Shown one piece after another: positions 1-9,026 of a DNA stretch of 36,587 nt; the stretch's first letter is position 1, and every line of letters begins with the position of its first letter. The DNA is from Fibrobacteria bacterium (GTDB lineage: Bacteria > Fibrobacterota > Fibrobacteria > UBA11236), in contig JAYTHY010000045.1 of NCBI GenBank assembly GCA_043732185.1, forward strand, positions 1 to 36,587. The letters run 5' to 3'. The translations under genes and the position numbers were made by a program. Under the pieces are notes generated by a model, which ran no database searches, was not told the origin of the DNA, and saw nothing but the letters and a program-made list of their open reading frames with translations.

Positions 1-23
1 AGCCACACAGCTTAACCCGGTCC

Positions 24-1127
24 TCAAATGGGAGAGCCAGTGGGCTCGCTGGACTTGACTTTCCATTGGGATCCGTCGCCCAAGGCCGGCAGGGAAAAGT
101 ACGTGATGGAGTTATTGTTGATCGCCCATTTCCGGAATTTGTTGGCAGAGTCCATATCGCTGTCAAAGCGCCAGTTGGGTTCACCGGCATATTGTTTGTT
201 TTCATTGAACCAGACAAAGACGCTTAAGGCTGGATCGGCATTGAAGTGGCTGAAGAAATCCTGAATCCAGTCCGCCTTTCCCAATCCTTCCGCGCAACCA
301 ATTTCCGTAATCCACACGGGTTTTTTTGGAAAACTTTTTTTTAGACCTTCCAGCGAGGCTTGGAAGACGTCGGTAAAACTTTTCCATTTGTGTTTGCGCG
401 AATAGCTGTCGCCAAAGTTGTATCCATCCAGCCCGACAATATCCACGTACTTGTCCCCAGGATAATAAGGCACGATATCGGCCTTCACGGTTTTTTCATC
501 CCAAACGACATTGGCGCTGAAAACAAATTGGACATTGGAGGCCTTCTCGTCTTTGAAGATTTTCCAGACGCGCCGCCATGCTTTCACAAATTTTTCCGGC
601 TGTTCCCCCCAGACTACCCAATCTCCATTCATCTCATAACCAAACCGGTAGTAGATAGGCTGGTGTGAGGCTCGGGCCTCTTTGGCAAAACGATGGAAGT
701 ATCCGTCCCATCGACCCGTTAAAATCGAATCCAACGTATGGAAATCATCGCGGGCAGAATACCGGACCAATTCCTGCGATAAGATGGTGTGGATTTTTCG
801 CTGCGCGTTGAAATGGACGATATCTTTTGGAAATCCACCATCTCGATCGACAAAATACATGGCGTAGGATGGACTGGTTCCGAGTGCATTGATTTCGCTT
901 TGCAATCCTGCGGCATATGTGGAGTCCTTGGCCCATTGGTAAATTCCGAAAGCCTTACTCGTTTCAGTTAAGGGTGCCAGTGCCTCTTTGGTGAGCGATG
1001 TTTTATCGAGGGATGACGGCAGATGTTCTTGGCAACCGATAAAGAGTGCTGCAAGGGCGACAAACCCTGCTGCCATGAAACCAACTGGTTCAGCAAAACC
1101 TACTGGATTGTATTTTAACACAGCCAT
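24..1127 (-). CDS. Glycoside hydrolase family 26 (beta-mannanase/glucanase-like), probable lipoprotein
   Basis: GH26 motifs YYRFGYEMNGDW (acid/base Glu), YYPGDKYVDIVGLDGYN and PVWITEIG (nucleophile Glu); hydrophobic segment ending in a lipobox-like FIGC. The ORF-track start at 1343 overlaps the nuclease gene; ATG at 1127 (or 1172/1076) is more plausible. Confidence 0.85.
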   Translation of the reverse strand: MAVLKYNPVGFAEPVGFMAAGFVALAALFIGCQEHLPSSLDKTSLTKEALAPLTETSKAFGIYQWAKDSTYAAGLQSEINALGTSPSYAMYFVDRDGGFPKDIVHFNAQRKIHTILSQELVRYSARDDFHTLDSILTGRWDGYFHRFAKEARASHQPIYYRFGYEMNGDWVVWGEQPEKFVKAWRRVWKIFKDEKASNVQFVFSANVVWDEKTVKADIVPYYPGDKYVDIVGLDGYNFGDSYSRKHKWKSFTDVFQASLEGLKKSFPKKPVWITEIGCAEGLGKADWIQDFFSHFNADPALSVFVWFNENKQYAGEPNWRFDSDMDSANKFRKWAINNNSITYFSLPALGDGSQWKVKSSEPTGSPI

Positions 1128-1206
1128 CTCTATAGTATAGAGGGGTTGCTGATTTTTTACCAGTGGGGCCATCTCAAAATCCCCAAAGCTTCGAATAAGG
1201 GCTTTA

Positions 1207-2316
1207 CTAGCGGGTCGGACAGCCTGCGTGCAAGTGCCGTCCTTGTGGGACAATATCGCCGGTTTGCAAGTTTTTCCGCTTGATCCGGGTGACCTGTCGA
1301 CAGTTGGAAAAATGATAAGTTTCGGAGTGTGCGCTCCACGCATATTTGCCTTTTTCCCCCTGCGAGGACATTCGTTTGCCCATCGCTAAAAACACCTTTT
1401 CACTATGAGTAAAATACTCTTCTGCATGGAACGGCGGACTGCCTTTACTAAGGGTTGGAGGCACAGGTTTTCTTAGACCCGTTGGATCCAAGGTTGTATT
1501 CAATAGCCACGCCAGACGAATGGCAGCCAGTTTGAGTTGGATCAGCACCTGTACAGTGGATCCGTGTATGTATGCTTCATTCAGAGAAACCTTGCTGCCT
1601 TTTGGAAAAGGTTTGCCGTTGAGAAGGTAACATCCCAGTGACTTGGCATGTGTCTCGTCCACCCAGGATCGAACCGTTCCCGAAGCATTACGAAGAACAA
1701 AAGCGGGATCGGCGGCCAAGTCCCGCCCCATTAGAGCGTGCAGGCTGTCCAATTCCAAGTGCAGACGTTCCAGCAAGGCAAAGTCCCACACGGCATGGAG
1801 ATTGAAGGATCGCCGATTGACTATCACCTGCAGCTCGTTACCCCCTCGGTCATGATCCTCGCCCACATGCAAAGGTTGATGCAAATCTCCAACCAGATGC
1901 ACCACCCATTTCAAAGCCTCCTCACGGGCATACCGATTTTTGCTGGCGCTGGATGCTGTTCCCAGAATTGCCAATTGCCTTTCTAAGGCGGTAACCACAC
2001 TCGGCGAATCCGTATGCCCAGGCGCGTAACCCTTCTCTCCCAATTGGAGAGTAACAAAATGCCATGGTCGAGTTTCCGGGCGCAGACTGCGGATTTCATC
2101 AGCCCAATCGGCAACTTGCACCAGGTGGACGCTGGAATCGCCGGATTCAGCCGGGGGCAGAATGGAACGGATTTGCATTTTAGCATTCCGAGTCAACATG
2201 TCCTCAGCCAACGCAGCGATGACCTGATGACCCAACTCACCAAATGCATGAGCCGATGGAACTGCCAGCAAGGCTAGGCCCACAAGCATAAGCCTGAAAG
2301 AAAGCCAAAGGCTCAT
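1207..2316 (-). CDS. Secreted S1/P1 family nuclease with a C-terminal Ada-like metal-binding domain
   Basis: Signal peptide (AHA|FG), then FGELGH, WADEIR, WHF, HLVGDLHQPLH, DRGGN and NLHAVWD motifs; C-terminal YHFSNC...HLHAGC. Confidence 0.9.
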   Translation of the reverse strand: MSLWLSFRLMLVGLALLAVPSAHAFGELGHQVIAALAEDMLTRNAKMQIRSILPPAESGDSSVHLVQVADWADEIRSLRPETRPWHFVTLQLGEKGYAPGHTDSPSVVTALERQLAILGTASSASKNRYAREEALKWVVHLVGDLHQPLHVGEDHDRGGNELQVIVNRRSFNLHAVWDFALLERLHLELDSLHALMGRDLAADPAFVLRNASGTVRSWVDETHAKSLGCYLLNGKPFPKGSKVSLNEAYIHGSTVQVLIQLKLAAIRLAWLLNTTLDPTGLRKPVPPTLSKGSPPFHAEEYFTHSEKVFLAMGKRMSSQGEKGKYAWSAHSETYHFSNCRQVTRIKRKNLQTGDIVPQGRHLHAGCPTR

Positions 2317-2493
2317 GGTGGTACAATCCTTTCCAATAACTTGGGTAAACGCTGGAAAGATAAACTGAATCCTGAAACATGGCCGAGAACGGGTAGAAAA
2401 AGATTTAGAACAGGCTAAAAAAAGTTAAGTTTAGACATAGCGATACTTTTATGAAAAAAATGAAAAATGTAAAACGCAAAGTGAAAGCGAAAA

Positions 2494-3174
2494 GTGGACG
2501 ATAAACTACGAGTCGGCATCGAGGCAGCCAAACGGGTGAAGCCGGATATGGTAGTGGGTTTGGGCACCGGATCCACAGCCGCATTTTTCATTCGTGAAGT
2601 GGCCAGACGCATTCGCGAGGAAAAGCTGTCCATTCGATGCGTACCCAGCTCCATTGCCTGTTCGCTTTTGGCGCGCGAACACGGAATCCCACTTCTTTCC
2701 GTTGACCAAGTTTCTCGTGTGGATCTCTATGTTGACGGCGCGGATGAAGTTGCTCCCGATTTGGGATTGATCAAAGGCCGCGGGGCCGCGATGGTTGGCG
2801 AAAAACTTCTGTGTGAAGCGTGTGATACTTTCATTATCATTGCCGATGGCGGGAAGTTGGTGAAATCCCTGGGCGAGAAATTTCCGGTTCCGGTTGAAAT
2901 CCTGCCAGGCGCTTTGTCCATCGCCCAGCGCGCCATCTCTCTACTGAACGGCGCACCGGTTTTGCGACTCGCGACCGGAAAAGACGGACCCGTGATTACC
3001 GATTACGGAAATCTGATTCTGGATGTAAAGTTTGCCATGGGTTCCGATTGGGAAGCTCTGGACACAGCTTTAAACAGCTTGCCAGGTGTTGTCGGGCACG
3101 GCCTTTTCCTCCGTTACAAGCAGAAATCCCAGGCTTTGATTGGCGTAGATGGAGGCGTGCGTTCGCTTCCTTAG
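2494..3174 (+). CDS. rpiA: Ribose-5-phosphate isomerase A
   Basis: VGLGTGST, DGADEV, LIKGRG, PVPVE, TDYGNLILD and PGVVGHGLF motifs; GTG start. Confidence 0.95.
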   Translation: MDDKLRVGIEAAKRVKPDMVVGLGTGSTAAFFIREVARRIREEKLSIRCVPSSIACSLLAREHGIPLLSVDQVSRVDLYVDGADEVAPDLGLIKGRGAAMVGEKLLCEACDTFIIIADGGKLVKSLGEKFPVPVEILPGALSIAQRAISLLNGAPVLRLATGKDGPVITDYGNLILDVKFAMGSDWEALDTALNSLPGVVGHGLFLRYKQKSQALIGVDGGVRSLP

Positions 3175-3189
3175 TGTGCGGAACAGAAT

Positions 3190-3777
3190 ATGCAAAAATT
3201 ACTGACGAATTTTCTCAAGGGCCTGATCATCCTGGTACCGGCCGTCCTGACCGGGGCGGTCATCGTATTCCTGTTCCGGAAAATTGATGGCATTCTAGGT
3301 ATTCCCTATCCCGGTGTTGGCTTTGTGCTGACCATTGTCATTATCGTGCTTATCGGCGCATTAGCTTCCAATATTTTTTTCGAAAGGCTATTTGGATTTT
3401 TCGAAAGTGGCCTGACGCGATTGCCGGTGGTCAAACTTTTGTATTTCTCGATTAAAGATTTGATCGGCGCCTTTGTCGGCGAAAAGAAAATGTTCAACCG
3501 CCCCGTGATGGTTGCCATGGGCCACTTGCCCCTCGGAATAGAGACCAGCGCTGCCCCGCCTGGTTCCGATATCAAGTTGTTGGGTTTCATCACTTCCGAA
3601 GCCTTGGACTTTCTACCCAATTGCGAAAACCGCGTGGCCGTCTATATGCCCCAGTCGTACAATATGGGTGGATATTTGATGCTGGTGCCGCGAGATAGAA
3701 TAACGCCTCTTCCGAACGTGGAAAGCGCCAAGTTTCTGGCTTTCATCGTCTCTGGAGGTGCGGCCCGAGGCAGTTAA
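3190..3777 (+). CDS. DUF502 family membrane protein
   Basis: Two N-terminal TM helices and the motifs RLPVVKLLYFSIKDL, LGFIT, VYMPQSYNMGGYL and FIVSGG. Confidence 0.85.
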   Translation: MQKLLTNFLKGLIILVPAVLTGAVIVFLFRKIDGILGIPYPGVGFVLTIVIIVLIGALASNIFFERLFGFFESGLTRLPVVKLLYFSIKDLIGAFVGEKKMFNRPVMVAMGHLPLGIETSAAPPGSDIKLLGFITSEALDFLPNCENRVAVYMPQSYNMGGYLMLVPRDRITPLPNVESAKFLAFIVSGGAARGS

Positions 3778-3793
3778 GGTTATACTACCCCAT

Positions 3794-5371
3794 ATGTGGC
3801 CACTCATTTTTCTTTTTTTGGCAACGGTATCGATTTTCAATTGCCGATTCGCTGGGTTTGGAAAGAATGGACGGGATAGCGTGGATGGTGCTTTCAGCTT
3901 ACATTCCCCCGTTTTTTCAGGTAAAAACCAGACTCTTTCTGCTGGGTCTGACCCCAAAGAAATCCTTTTTGACTCACTGCCTACCTCCGCCAGCAGGCGT
4001 TTGCCTCCAAGTCTGCGTGAGTTCCAAACTGTCTTTGCCGATGCAGCGGAGAAGGCTATTCCCGCCGTAGTCAGTATTTATAGCGAAAAAAATATTTCCG
4101 ATCCGACAAGCGGATCGCCCTATGATGACTTTCTAAACAAGGGCCCTTTCGAATATTTTTTCGGCGATCCTGATTCAAATCGTTCCATGCAAAATCCCCG
4201 TCGGGAGTCCGGTCTGGGATCAGGAGTTTTAATCAGCCCAAGCGGATATATCCTCACCAACAACCATGTCATCGCGGGAGCGGATTTGATCAAAGTGAGG
4301 CTAGCGGATGAATCAGAATACCTCGCAACCGTTATAGGAACAGATAAACTCTCTGATATTGCAGTCATTAAAATCAAGGTAAATTCCGGTCCACTGCCCA
4401 CGGTCCCCCTCGGCAACTCTGACATTCTCCGCATTGGTGAATGGGTGTTGGCGGTCGGGAATCCGTATGGACTTTCCCACACGGTAACGACCGGAATCAT
4501 CTCTGCCAAGGGACGGAAGAATACAGGAATCAATAGCTACGAGAATTTTATTCAGACCGATGCGGCCATCAATCCTGGCAATTCCGGCGGAGCCTTGTTG
4601 AACCTATCCGGGGAACTGATCGGAATCAATACAGCCATTTTTTCCAAAACCGGCGGCTATCAAGGTATCGGTTTTGCCATTCCCATCAATATGGCCAAAA
4701 AGATTACTCTGGATCTTATCCGTGACGGCGAAGTTACCCGGGGCTGGCTTGGCATTTCCATTCAACCCATCGACGCAGGCATGGCGAACAGCCTTAAATT
4801 GCATAATCAGCTGAACGGCCTGGCCTTCCATGGAGCCTTGGTAAGTGGGATAGTGCCCGGCAGTCCTGCCGAAGCATCTGGACTCAAACGTGGAGATGTC
4901 ATAACCAAGCTTGGGAGCGCTGAAATTCTCGACGCGAATGATTTGTTAAATCGCATCGCCCTGCTAATCCCGGAGGAATGGGCCGAGGTCTGGGTGATTC
5001 GGGAGGGACTCACTTTATCCTTCAAAACCAGAATCGCTAAACGGGATGAAAGACGTGTTACCAGCTATCACGGTGAGGACGAGCCACAAACTTCGCTGGT
5101 CGGTCTGCAGGTGGTGAACTTGACTCCGGAGCTTAAAGATCGCTTTAAGTTGGACAAATCCATTTTGAATGGAGTGGTTGTAATCGCAGTAGAAGCAAAG
5201 AGTCGGGCAGCTGGGGCCAAGCTTCAAGCCGGTGACCTGCTGATGGAAGTCAACCGGATACGGGTCCCGAATTTGAGTGCCTATCGCACGGCAATGGAAC
5301 AAGCCATTAAGGGGAACAAGATTCTGCTCCGCATCGGGCGCGAGAAAAAAACCTTTTTTATCACTTTATAA
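3794..5371 (+). CDS. degP: HtrA/DegP/DegQ-family periplasmic serine protease with two PDZ domains
   Basis: GSGV, TNNHV (His), DIAVIKI (Asp), IQTDAAINPGNSGG (Ser), GIGFAIP and two PDZ-like repeats. The ATG at 3794 begins a hydrophobic leader (ORF track starts at 3758). Confidence 0.93.
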   Translation: MWPLIFLFLATVSIFNCRFAGFGKNGRDSVDGAFSLHSPVFSGKNQTLSAGSDPKEILFDSLPTSASRRLPPSLREFQTVFADAAEKAIPAVVSIYSEKNISDPTSGSPYDDFLNKGPFEYFFGDPDSNRSMQNPRRESGLGSGVLISPSGYILTNNHVIAGADLIKVRLADESEYLATVIGTDKLSDIAVIKIKVNSGPLPTVPLGNSDILRIGEWVLAVGNPYGLSHTVTTGIISAKGRKNTGINSYENFIQTDAAINPGNSGGALLNLSGELIGINTAIFSKTGGYQGIGFAIPINMAKKITLDLIRDGEVTRGWLGISIQPIDAGMANSLKLHNQLNGLAFHGALVSGIVPGSPAEASGLKRGDVITKLGSAEILDANDLLNRIALLIPEEWAEVWVIREGLTLSFKTRIAKRDERRVTSYHGEDEPQTSLVGLQVVNLTPELKDRFKLDKSILNGVVVIAVEAKSRAAGAKLQAGDLLMEVNRIRVPNLSAYRTAMEQAIKGNKILLRIGREKKTFFITL

Positions 5372-5429
5372 AAAGACTTGAGCCCCCGCCCCAGATAAAA
5401 AAGAAGAGTTGCAGGCCCTAGGTTCAAAA

Positions 5430-5516
5430 GGAGATAATGGGTATCTCTGAAGGAATACGGGACGAAATGAAAGCAATCTCCAATATAACCCCGAGCGGAG
5501 TGGAATGGACCGAGGA
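5430..5516 (+). promoter_or_regulatory. Putative CsrA-responsive translation-initiation region of fliW
   Basis: Seven GGA trinucleotides (5430, 5452, 5460, 5497, 5502, 5507, 5514); hairpin GAGATA-ATGGG-TATCTC (5431-5447) holds the SD in its stem and the first ATG in its loop. Confidence 0.4.
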
Positions 5517-5892
5517 TCAGGTTATCCATTTCCCAACCGGACTTCCGGGGTTTGAAACCGCTCGGAAGTTCATCATCATGTCAGTTCCCGAGCATCAGCC
5601 CTTCCACTGGATGGAATGCGTGGATGGAAATAATATTCGCTTTGCCGTTATTAATCCGCTAAGTTTCCGTCCCGACTACCAGCCCAAAATTAAAAAGGAA
5701 AATCTTGATTCTCTGAATATCCAGGACCCGAAAGAATTGCTGCTCTACGTCATCGTAACCTTACGCCAACCCATGGTGGAATCCACCGCCAATTTGATGG
5801 GGCCATTGTTCATCAACATTCGGGAAAAACTGGGCAAACAAATCATCATCGAAAACGACGCTTACTCGCTGCGGGAAAGAATCATTCCCTAA
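5437..5892 (+). CDS. fliW: Flagellar assembly factor FliW (CsrA antagonist)
   Basis: IHFPTGLPGFE, PFHWM, FAVINP, TANLMGPLFIN and GKQII motifs; directly upstream of csrA; AAGGAG SD; alternative start at 5467. Confidence 0.93.
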   Translation: MGISEGIRDEMKAISNITPSGVEWTEDQVIHFPTGLPGFETARKFIIMSVPEHQPFHWMECVDGNNIRFAVINPLSFRPDYQPKIKKENLDSLNIQDPKELLLYVIVTLRQPMVESTANLMGPLFINIREKLGKQIIIENDAYSLRERIIP

Positions 5893-6125
5893 TGCTGATA
5901 CTGACGCGCAAGGCGGGCGAATCCATCCGCATCAATGACAATATTTGCATCACAATTATAGAAGTGGACGGCAAGACCATAAAGATCGGCATTGAGGCGC
6001 CCAAGACCATCACCATCCATCGCGAGGAAGTGTTCCTCCGCATCAAAGAGGAAAACTTGAAAGCGGTTGGCGGCGCCAAGGATTTGGATCTCGGAACGTT
6101 ATCCGATTTGTTCAAACAGAAATAA
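5892..6125 (+). CDS. csrA: Carbon storage regulator CsrA
   Basis: MLILTRKAGESIRI...IKIGIEAPKTITIHREE; TAATG stop/start overlap with fliW. Confidence 0.97.
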   Translation: MLILTRKAGESIRINDNICITIIEVDGKTIKIGIEAPKTITIHREEVFLRIKEENLKAVGGAKDLDLGTLSDLFKQK

Positions 6126-6130
6126 AGGGA

Positions 6131-6529
6131 TTATTTACCGGAATACACAAGCTTTTTGGTAAGCTCGTTCTGGCCGGAGCGCAACGTAAGATACAGGAAG
6201 CCGGTGGGAATATCTTGCAATGGGATAAGTACCAACTTCTTCTCGGAATCAAGATGGTAGACCAACTGACCCCGGGTATTGAAAACCAAAATGGACGCGG
6301 GTACATCGAGATAAATCCGAAGCATGTTTTGAGTAATAAACGCATCGCCCAAACTGACTTTAGGCACTTCTTTGGCAATGGGAGAATTCGCCGGAGAGAC
6401 GGGTGAATTCGCTTGGGAAGTCGGAAGCGGCTTAGCCTTTGCAGCAGACTTAGCGGACACGAGAACAGGCGAGCACATGGCCGTAACCAGTACTACCGCC
6501 GTAAAGATTTTCGAGAATCTGCCCTGCAT
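6131..6529 (-). CDS. Small secreted protein consisting mostly of a T9SS-like (type A) C-terminal sorting domain
   Basis: Signal peptide, Pro/Ser/Ala linker, then ILVFNTRGQLVY...IPTGFLYLTL...TKKLVY, the pattern of T9SS/FlgD-like CTDs. Confidence 0.65.
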   Translation of the reverse strand: MQGRFSKIFTAVVLVTAMCSPVLVSAKSAAKAKPLPTSQANSPVSPANSPIAKEVPKVSLGDAFITQNMLRIYLDVPASILVFNTRGQLVYHLDSEKKLVLIPLQDIPTGFLYLTLRSGQNELTKKLVYSGK

Positions 6530-6570
6530 GCCTTAAGTATGCTTTATTTTTGTCGAAAACGCTAGGTTTT

Positions 6571-7362
6571 TTAGGGGCTTCTTTGTACGGAAAGCAACTT
6601 TTTCAGCAAATTTTGTGAATGCGTGGCATAAAATGAAAAATCATGCTCCCCATCCGGGAAATAATGAATGGTCGAATTCGGGTATACACCTTTCCATCGA
6701 TCCAAATAGGGCATCACCGCCGAGGTAGGAAAAAGCCTGTCCTGACCCCCTTGTAAGAAATCCCATGTGCCCAACGCGAACTGGGGATGGCCAACCAACG
6801 ATTCCGGCGGAACCACTATTTGAGGGTAACAGGAAATGAGCAAACGTCGACGCAAAGGATATTTTCCTTGCGCACTATACGCGATAACGCCCAAGCTACC
6901 ATCCGATACACCCACCATGGTGATGTTTCCTGGGTCGATGGGATAGTGGACGAGCATATAGGTAATAAGGGCATCAATATGACCCAGGCCTTGTGCCGTC
7001 AGCCAATCCTGGCCTGCAAATGCAGATGGGCTGCACACATAATAGGAACGCATATTTATGAATGGGAGAATGGCGCGGTGTGCGTCCGCCCCTTTGGCCG
7101 AGTTGCTGCTACGCATTCCACCATGTAGCCAAACGATCAAGCCAATTTTTCGAGCGGGCCTTTTTTCTGGAACAGTGACGCCACAGACATTGCTGTCTGG
7201 GCCGAGTCGAAGATGAAGAGCGGATTTTGGTTCAGCTTCAGAATTCGGAAGTTGCGCCGACCAAGTGATAGCGCTGATAGAAAGCAGAATGCAGAGACAT
7301 AATCTTTTGGAAAATAGGTAAGAAATTTTGGAGCTAGCTAGACTAACGAACAGATTGGCCAT
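6571..7362 (-). CDS. Exported alpha/beta hydrolase (esterase/peptidase-like)
   Basis: LIVWLHGG, nucleophile elbow GVSDG, GGQD (Asp), GEH (His); N-terminal hydrophobic leader. The ORF-track start at 7506 overlaps the upstream gene; ATG at 7362 chosen. Confidence 0.8.
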   Translation of the reverse strand: MANLFVSLASSKISYLFSKRLCLCILLSISAITWSAQLPNSEAEPKSALHLRLGPDSNVCGVTVPEKRPARKIGLIVWLHGGMRSSNSAKGADAHRAILPFINMRSYYVCSPSAFAGQDWLTAQGLGHIDALITYMLVHYPIDPGNITMVGVSDGSLGVIAYSAQGKYPLRRRLLISCYPQIVVPPESLVGHPQFALGTWDFLQGGQDRLFPTSAVMPYLDRWKGVYPNSTIHYFPDGEHDFSFYATHSQNLLKKLLSVQRSP

Positions 7363-7406
7363 GGAGAAAAGATAGCCCCCATTGCCCCTCATGGAAACAC
7401 AAAAGA

Positions 7407-8030
7407 TTAACGATCCGGTCGGCCTTTGTGTTTTAATTCCGATCTCTCTTCCCTTTTTTCCTCTCTCTTGTTTTCGCGCCGCTGATTCTTGAATTCTTCG
7501 CGCCACGCTTGACGCCGAGAATGCAAATCCGCTTGAATATCCATTAATTTATGGTGCTGTTCGGCGGACAGCCCCGCTTGAAATTGACTCCAGGATTCCA
7601 CTTTGAGTAAGGTTAGCTTGCGATCTGCTTCGGCTACTTTTTCGCCAGCCTTCATTGCCTCACCCTTATTCACTGGATAGCTGGTTAAAGCATTTTTTAA
7701 GTCCAGTTCCGAAATGGCCTTCTCGCTTTGCAATTGGATTTTTCGTTTTTGAACAGTCAGGTGGGCTTCCTTAAACTTTTTCTGTTGCTCAGGCGTGAGA
7801 TCTAATTCCCGAAGAAGCTTTGGATTTAAAGGTTCAATCTCCGGTCCAGGCCCTTCAGGCCCACCCGCATGCATTACCGGACCACCTGGACGATCACCTG
7901 GATCCACTGCCGGAACATTCGGCCCTCCCGGCTCAGCCTTTGCCACCTTAACCAAGGCCATTAGGAAAAGAGCCACCCATAAAAAACCTTGTCTCTTTTT
8001 TCCTGTTAGGGTCGACTTGCAATCCATCAT
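7407..8030 (-). CDS. Spy/CpxP/ZraP-like periplasmic protein
   Basis: Signal peptide, Gly/Pro-rich linker, LDLTPEQ and LSAEQ (LTxxQ motifs), helical charged body. Confidence 0.8.
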   Translation of the reverse strand: MMDCKSTLTGKKRQGFLWVALFLMALVKVAKAEPGGPNVPAVDPGDRPGGPVMHAGGPEGPGPEIEPLNPKLLRELDLTPEQQKKFKEAHLTVQKRKIQLQSEKAISELDLKNALTSYPVNKGEAMKAGEKVAEADRKLTLLKVESWSQFQAGLSAEQHHKLMDIQADLHSRRQAWREEFKNQRRENKREEKREERSELKHKGRPDR

Positions 8031-8407
8031 AAAACCTCCTCCGCCGAATCATCGGCATCCAATTCCATTTCTCCTAAATCCGCGTCCCATCCCAAAATGT
8101 CCGGATCCAAAAACTCTGCTGCAACCGATTCTCCATGCACTTGGGTGGAATCTGCATGTAAAGAAATCCTGCTCGCAACTTTACTGCGATGTTGCATAAA
8201 CATTCCAAAGCCTAGCAAACAGGTGGTCAATGTCACCGATGCTGCCAATTTGAAAAGTGACGAATGCCAAAGTTGGTCGAAGGCACGCGTAGTGTTCCAT
8301 TTGGAATCGACAGGGTTTAGAACAACTTGGGTTGCAATCTTTTGCCACAATTCGTCCGAAGGCTTCAGACGTTTCGAATCTTGGAACAGGTCGTCAAACT
8401 TTTTCAA
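8027..8407 (-). CDS. Putative single-pass anti-sigma factor
   Basis: PSDELWQKI motif, one TM helix and a short acidic C-terminus; overlaps the ECF sigma upstream and the Spy-like gene downstream; TTG start. Confidence 0.65.
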   Translation of the reverse strand: MKKFDDLFQDSKRLKPSDELWQKIATQVVLNPVDSKWNTTRAFDQLWHSSLFKLAASVTLTTCLLGFGMFMQHRSKVASRISLHADSTQVHGESVAAEFLDPDILGWDADLGEMELDADDSAEEVL

Positions 8408-8957
8408 CGCCAGCCTCCTTTTCCAAATATTCCTTGACCCGATCGCGGGCCCGTGATAGCCGCGACTTCAGCGTCCCTTCCGGCAGTTTGAACAAAATTG
8501 ATAATTCCTTTAAGGGCAAGCCTTCGCCTTCTTTGAGCCAAAGCAAGGAGCGGGTTTCGGGATCGAGCACGGCTAAGGCCTTGCCCAATAGGTCCGACAC
8601 TTCGTAGGACGTTCCAATTTCCCTGGGAGCCAACTCTTCCAGATTTTCCGATTCCAATTTCAAACGGTTCTTGGCTTGTTGCAACCGGTTGAGGCACATA
8701 TTGTGCGCCACTCGAAAAAGCCAAGTTCCCAAACTGCTTTCGCCCCGAAAATCGCCGATGATTTCCGGAAGCTTTATAAACAAATCCTGAACCATATCCT
8801 CGGCCTGTTCCCGAGAAAGCAATATCCGATAACCCTGGTTCAGTAGTCTTTCCGAATGATTTTCGTAAATCCATTGTAAGCCTTCCAATTTCCCCTTACG
8901 GAGCATTTCCATGCTCTTTTGTTCGGGGCTGAACCAATTCACCATACTTGCACGCAC
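8394..8957 (-). CDS. ECF RNA polymerase sigma factor
   Basis: Region 2 AEDMVQDLF and FRGESSLGTWLFRVAHN; region 4 LKELS...PEGTLKSRLSRAR. Start is GTG 8957 or ATG 8945. Confidence 0.93.
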   Translation of the reverse strand: MRASMVNWFSPEQKSMEMLRKGKLEGLQWIYENHSERLLNQGYRILLSREQAEDMVQDLFIKLPEIIGDFRGESSLGTWLFRVAHNMCLNRLQQAKNRLKLESENLEELAPREIGTSYEVSDLLGKALAVLDPETRSLLWLKEGEGLPLKELSILFKLPEGTLKSRLSRARDRVKEYLEKEAGVEKV

Positions 8958-9026
8958 CCTTGCCCATTTGGACTGGAAGAAAGGCTAGGTCTCACAAGCA
9001 CAATATAACTGGTTCCTTATGAACTA

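Noticed and set aside
1128..1343. Long N-terminal extension of the GH26 ORF (similar extensions occur on the hydrolase, DedA, rlmN, lipoprotein, rnhA and barrel ORFs)
   Set aside because: These extensions overlap neighbouring genes or precede the SD/signal peptide, so they are artefacts of longest-ORF calling.
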